In this document: piece after piece, positions 47,560 through 51,658 of the stretch | Numbering within the stretch: the stretch's first letter is position 1 | Layout of the letters: every line of letters starts with the position of its first letter | Origin: Octopus bimaculoides | Taxonomy: Eukaryota | Assembly: GCF_001194135.2 (NCBI RefSeq) | Contig: NC_068984.1 | Span: 76,986,002 to 77,037,659 of the forward strand | Direction: 5' to 3' | Length of the DNA: 51,658 nt | Made by a program: the position numbers and the translations under genes | The notes under the pieces: generated by a model | The model's input: the letters and a program-made list of their open reading frames with translations, nothing else | Databases searched by the model: none | What the model was told of the DNA's origin: nothing

Positions 47560-48320
47560 TTAAAATTTACAAATGCTTAAAAACATTTGCTGTGTGTGAC
47601 AGAGTAACTTCCGTCAATGAGTCTGTAGAAGCTGAAAAGAAACTGCATGGCAATTTAGCTGAAGAAACTAGACAATATCTATAACAATGAAGAATTATGG
47701 TATTCCACTTAGTTTACCAGTATTTGCAAATAAGAGCTGCCATTGTGTGGACATGAAAGAAAACATAGCTTTTACAGAGTTAATTCTTGTGAGCTATTTG
47801 ATTGTTTGACTGAAACATAAAGTGACATTACATCAAGAATCTCTACCAAAGAAGGATCAAAGAACTTTTAAGAGTTCAAAGTATTATACAAAATAACCTT
47901 ATATCTGCCTTTAATGGTGTAATAGCTGTTATGTCACCAATTAAAGCTGAAAGTGTGGACGAAAATACGAAATGTACAATGCATGTCCAACTCCTTCTCA
48001 TTGTCAAGTATGTAGAAGAATGCAAAGTGAATTAAAGATGTTTAGGATGTTATGACGCAAGTAGTGGTAAAAGAGACTCGTACTTGCCCGATTAAATAGC
48101 AAATGACTTGAAATTCCTTTGGAGATTTTTAAGTTAAAACGGTTAGGTGAATGAACGCTGTAGCAGTTGTAAAGGTAGGCGAATGAACTGGGTTGCCAAC
48201 AAAGGTGAAAAAGAAAAGGTTTAAATGCAATGGTTTCATTTATCTTTGTGTACAAAGCGTGAAAGTGTCTCTAAAATACAACAATGAAATGTGAAATGCG
48301 GATAAATTGAAATTTAATTG
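47560..48320 (+). mobile_element. hAT-family transposase relic (DUF4371/ZMYM-like region)
   Basis: Fragments ELPLCGHE..NSCELFDCL (47734 onward) and IIQNNLISAF..SVDENTKCTMHVQLLLIVKYVEECKVN*RCLGCYD, matching ELxFRGHDE..GNFxEL..IQNELI..VDETTD..QLxxxxRYV..ERFLGF. Confidence 0.7.
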
Positions 48321-48559
48321 ACTTGCATGCATATATACATACATATATACATACATACATATTATATAGAAATGCATGGATATTGTATACATATATATAC
48401 ACACACATACATCCATACATATATACATACACATATTTACATGTATTTTTAGAAAAAATATTGACATATATAAAAATATATAAATATATACTCATATGCA
48501 AAAACATGTGCTCTATTAAAGAGTATTGAATGATCGATTGTTATATAAAATCATTTGAT

Positions 48560-48573
48560 ATCTATCTATCTAC

Positions 48574-48642
<69 letters not shown>
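48560..48642. repeat. (TATC)n microsatellite
   Basis: Direct reading. Confidence 0.9.
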
Positions 48643-48643
<1 letters not shown>

Positions 48644-49246
48644 GCTGTGTCGACGCCCCCACCCCAGACGATGAAGTAGGCTAGCCCAATACGTAGATAC
48701 AGAGGGAAAAATCTAGACGTAAGGTAGTTGAGTAGAGGTCATCCGAACGTGCGATATAACACTATCTATTAATACACACACCCAAATACATACACACGCA
48801 CCCACACATATATATGCATACATAAGCATGTATGTATTAATATATGCATGTATTAATATATGTATGTATTAATATATGCATGTATGTATTAATATATGTA
48901 TACATAATAAGTATACATATGTAGAAGAAATTATATACGTTTAGAGAGAGAAAGAGGGATAGATAAACAGCTGTAGAAATATATTGTGATGAATTTCATG
49001 TTTCAAAACGTAGCTTACTTTTTACTCAACCAGATATATATCTGCCCAGTGTCACCACCTGTCAGGATTCCCAGTCATTGATGTTTCTAGCTCTCCAGCA
49101 GTTACCAATGGGAAATATCTAAGACAGATAACTCTGGCCAGACCGTATCAAAGCCATAGCTTTAACTAAAGTACAGTCAACAGGTGTTAAGAATCCATGC
49201 AAATCAAAAGTTATAGTTAAAAAGTAAAGGTGGAAACAGCACGAAA

Positions 49247-49288
<42 letters not shown>

Positions 49289-49555
49289 TCATACTAGTTG
49301 AGATTTAGGAAAATTGAGACAATGCAATACTCTATTTCTCGTGTAGCCTATGTCATGTTTTGTACGACTCCGTTACCAAATGGAGATGAGCATCGCAATT
49401 CATACAATATATCCTAGATATCCAAGGTGGTAGAAAAATGATTAAAAAATATTTACCTATTATTTCTAGCGTATTTACCGTATCTGTGTGCGTGTGTGTA
49501 TGTATGCGTGTGTGCGTGTGCGTGCATCATCTCTCCCCGTCCCGCCATACACATA

Positions 49556-49594
<39 letters not shown>

Positions 49595-49610
49595 TTTCTG
49601 CAACTGTTAC

Positions 49611-49810
49611 TTTCAAGTTTATGAAACAAGGCCAACAATTTCGCGGATGGGAAATTACATCGACCCAGTGCTCAACTTGTACTTATTTTATCGACCTTGA
49701 AAGGATGAAAGACAAAGTCGACCTCGGTGGAATTTGAGCTCTGGATGCAAAGACGGACGAAATGCAGCATTCTTCCCTACATGGAAACGATTTTGCTATC
49801 TCGCTGCCTT
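49611..49810 (-). mobile_element. SINE-A
   Basis: TACTTATTTTATCGACCTTGAAAGGATGAAAGACAAAGTCGACCTCGGTGGAATTTGAGCTC. Confidence 0.85.
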
Positions 49811-50566
49811 CACTTTTTCTTTAATTATTAATTGCAAACCTACAAGTTGGGTCTCAGTTTCCTCAATTCTAATGGTCTGGGAGTAATGCATATACAGGTC
49901 ACGGGCACAGCCCTTCCTCTTAAGAGTAACTTATAAACCGGAAATACCATAAAACCATTCTAAGAGAGTTTTGAACGGACAATCCTAGAACAGCTAGTTT
50001 ATTTAACTCCAAGTATCAGGCACTAAGTTATATTGATTTTAGCTGATGAAACGTTGGAATGAGTAACTCATACAGTTCTTTATTTTAAGTTGAAAGAAAA
50101 ATATAATTCCAACTTCGTATGAAAACACAAAACACACAACCACTCAAGGCTATCACAATTGTGTGGTAAATGAGCAAATGTATAGAATGGTAATTAATTT
50201 TAATAAGTTTAATTAATTTTATGATATTTAAAGAACTTTTACAACATAGAAAAAATACATATGAGATAAATAAGCAAACAACAACAACAACAAAAAAAGA
50301 AGTATGGAAATTACCATATGGAAATAGTAATTCTATCAACAACAATGACTATAACAAAACAACCAACAAATCTATTAAGTAGAAAAAAAAACATAGAGAT
50401 GAGAAAGAACAGAATTCCAAAGTAGAATTATGTTCTTCATTCAGTTACGTTCTATTTGTACCTGCATGCATACATGAACAAATGCAAGTGTACATAAATG
50501 TATAATTATATAATTATATTTATGTATATAGATATGTATATAGATATTTATATTCATACATGTATG

Positions 50567-50570
<4 letters not shown>

Positions 50571-50600
<30 letters not shown>

Positions 50601-50632
50601 TGTATGTATGTATGTATGAATGTATGTATGTA
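50571..50632. repeat. (TATG)n microsatellite
   Basis: Direct reading. Confidence 0.9.
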
Positions 50633-50875
50633 TACATATACATATTGTATAAATAATATTGTGTATTGCGAACAAAGCAGTCAGCGGATATTACGTAAAG
50701 AACTCGAGGCAATTAAGCAGAGAAATTGAAATAATCGTTGCAAAATGAAAATTGCAACAGGTGTATACTCATGTCATTTCTTTCAAACATTTTCCAGAAG
50801 ATTGTTTGGAAAACATTGCAATAATTTTACTAACATTACACACACACACACACACAAACACACTTTCTTTCTGTG

Positions 50876-50915
<40 letters not shown>

Positions 50916-50938
50916 ACACACACGCATGCACACACATA

Positions 50939-51155
50939 AGACAGCGAACTGGCAGAATCATTAGCGCGCCATACAAAATGATTAGTCCCATTTCTACTGG
51001 CTTTAAGTTCTGATTTCAAATTCCGCCGAGTTCAACTTTGTCTTCCAGCATCCGGTATTCAAGAAAATAAGTACCAGTGGAGTACTGGAATCGATGTCAG
51101 TGATTTGCTCCCTTCCACAAAATTTCAGGTCCCTCTGCCGATAGCATAAAAAATT
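50939..51155 (+). mobile_element. SINE-A, diverged
   Basis: GCGAACTGGCAGAATCATTAGC..TTCAAATTCCGCCGAG..AAAATAAGTACCAG. Confidence 0.8.
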
Positions 51156-51170
51156 AGATTCACATATAAT

Positions 51171-51220
51171 GTATGGTATGGTATGGTATAGTATGGTATG
51201 GTATGGTATGGTATGGTATG
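51171..51220. repeat. (GTATG)n pentanucleotide repeat, 10 units
   Basis: Direct reading; one GTATA variant. Confidence 0.9.
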
Positions 51221-51450
51221 TATGTATGTCTGTATGTATGTATGTCTGCATGAATGTATATATGTATGTATGCATGTATGCATGTATAATTCTTTTACTC
51301 ATTTCAGTCGGTGAATGGAGGCCATGATGGGGCATTGCCTTGAATATTTTAGTTGAACATATGGAACTCATTATATCGTATCTATTTTGGTACTTATCTA
51401 ACAAACACTCACAAATATTAACGAGATATTTTAATATTCTAGTGTATCTA

Positions 51451-51658
51451 AGGCGGTGAGCTGGCAGAAACTTTAGCACGACAGGCGAAATGCTTAACGG
51501 CATTTCGTCTGTCTTTACGTTCTAAGTTCAAATTCCACCGAGGTCGACTTTGCCTTTCATCCTTTCGAGGTCGATAAATTATGTCCGAGTTGTGTTACTG
51601 GGTCGATCTAAGCGACTGGGGTCCTCCCCCAAAATTTCGGGCCTTGTGCCTAGAAAAG
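51451..51658 (+). mobile_element. SINE-A running to the window end
   Basis: GGCGGTGAGCTGGCAGAAAC..GAGGTCGACTTTGCCTTTCATCCTTTCGAGGTCGATAAA..GGCCTTGTGCCTAG. Confidence 0.9.

Noticed and set aside
48665-48695. Possible hammerhead relic CGATGAAG..GGCTAGCC..AATACGTA
   Set aside because: Several core positions altered.
49033-49181. Candidate plus-strand exon after a strong acceptor
   Set aside because: All three frames hit stops before the best donor.
371-51503. ORFs of the supplied track as protein-coding genes
   Set aside because: They translate microsatellites (HT/CV/YI/LS repeats), N-gaps, SINE bodies or broken transposon frames; none resembles a host protein.

Overview
AT-rich, microsatellite-dense eukaryotic DNA with about 14 N-gaps, mostly flanked by simple repeats. 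The SINE families and the TA/CA/TATC/TATG repeat spectrum point to an Octopus (coleoid cephalopod) draft scaffold; this is inferred from repeat recognition. No intact protein-coding ORF is supportable: the ORF track is dominated by microsatellite, gap and transposon artefacts. Contents: at least 17 copies of one tRNA-derived SINE family (here SINE-A), 6 of a second (SINE-B), a young TSD-flanked SINE, and CORE-like SINEs. There is also a decayed Tx1/L1-clade LINE ORF2, CR1/L2-like and Penelope-like relics, a TIR-complete DD37D (maT) element, two mariner derivatives, a TTAA-flanked piggyBac-type MITE and a hAT transposase relic. The most notable observation is a set of type I hammerhead ribozyme motifs of different architectures. 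Two fold completely (33972-34107 with a ~105-nt stem II domain; 38571-38645 with an extended stem I), one is a minimal Penelope-type motif (25534-25568), and several are relics. All well-formed copies lie on the minus strand, antisense to a tentative plus-strand spliced transcript suggested by splice signals at 2139-2211, 9157-9200 and 11142-11205. All RNA folds were derived by hand. SINE boundaries are approximate (about 10 bp).
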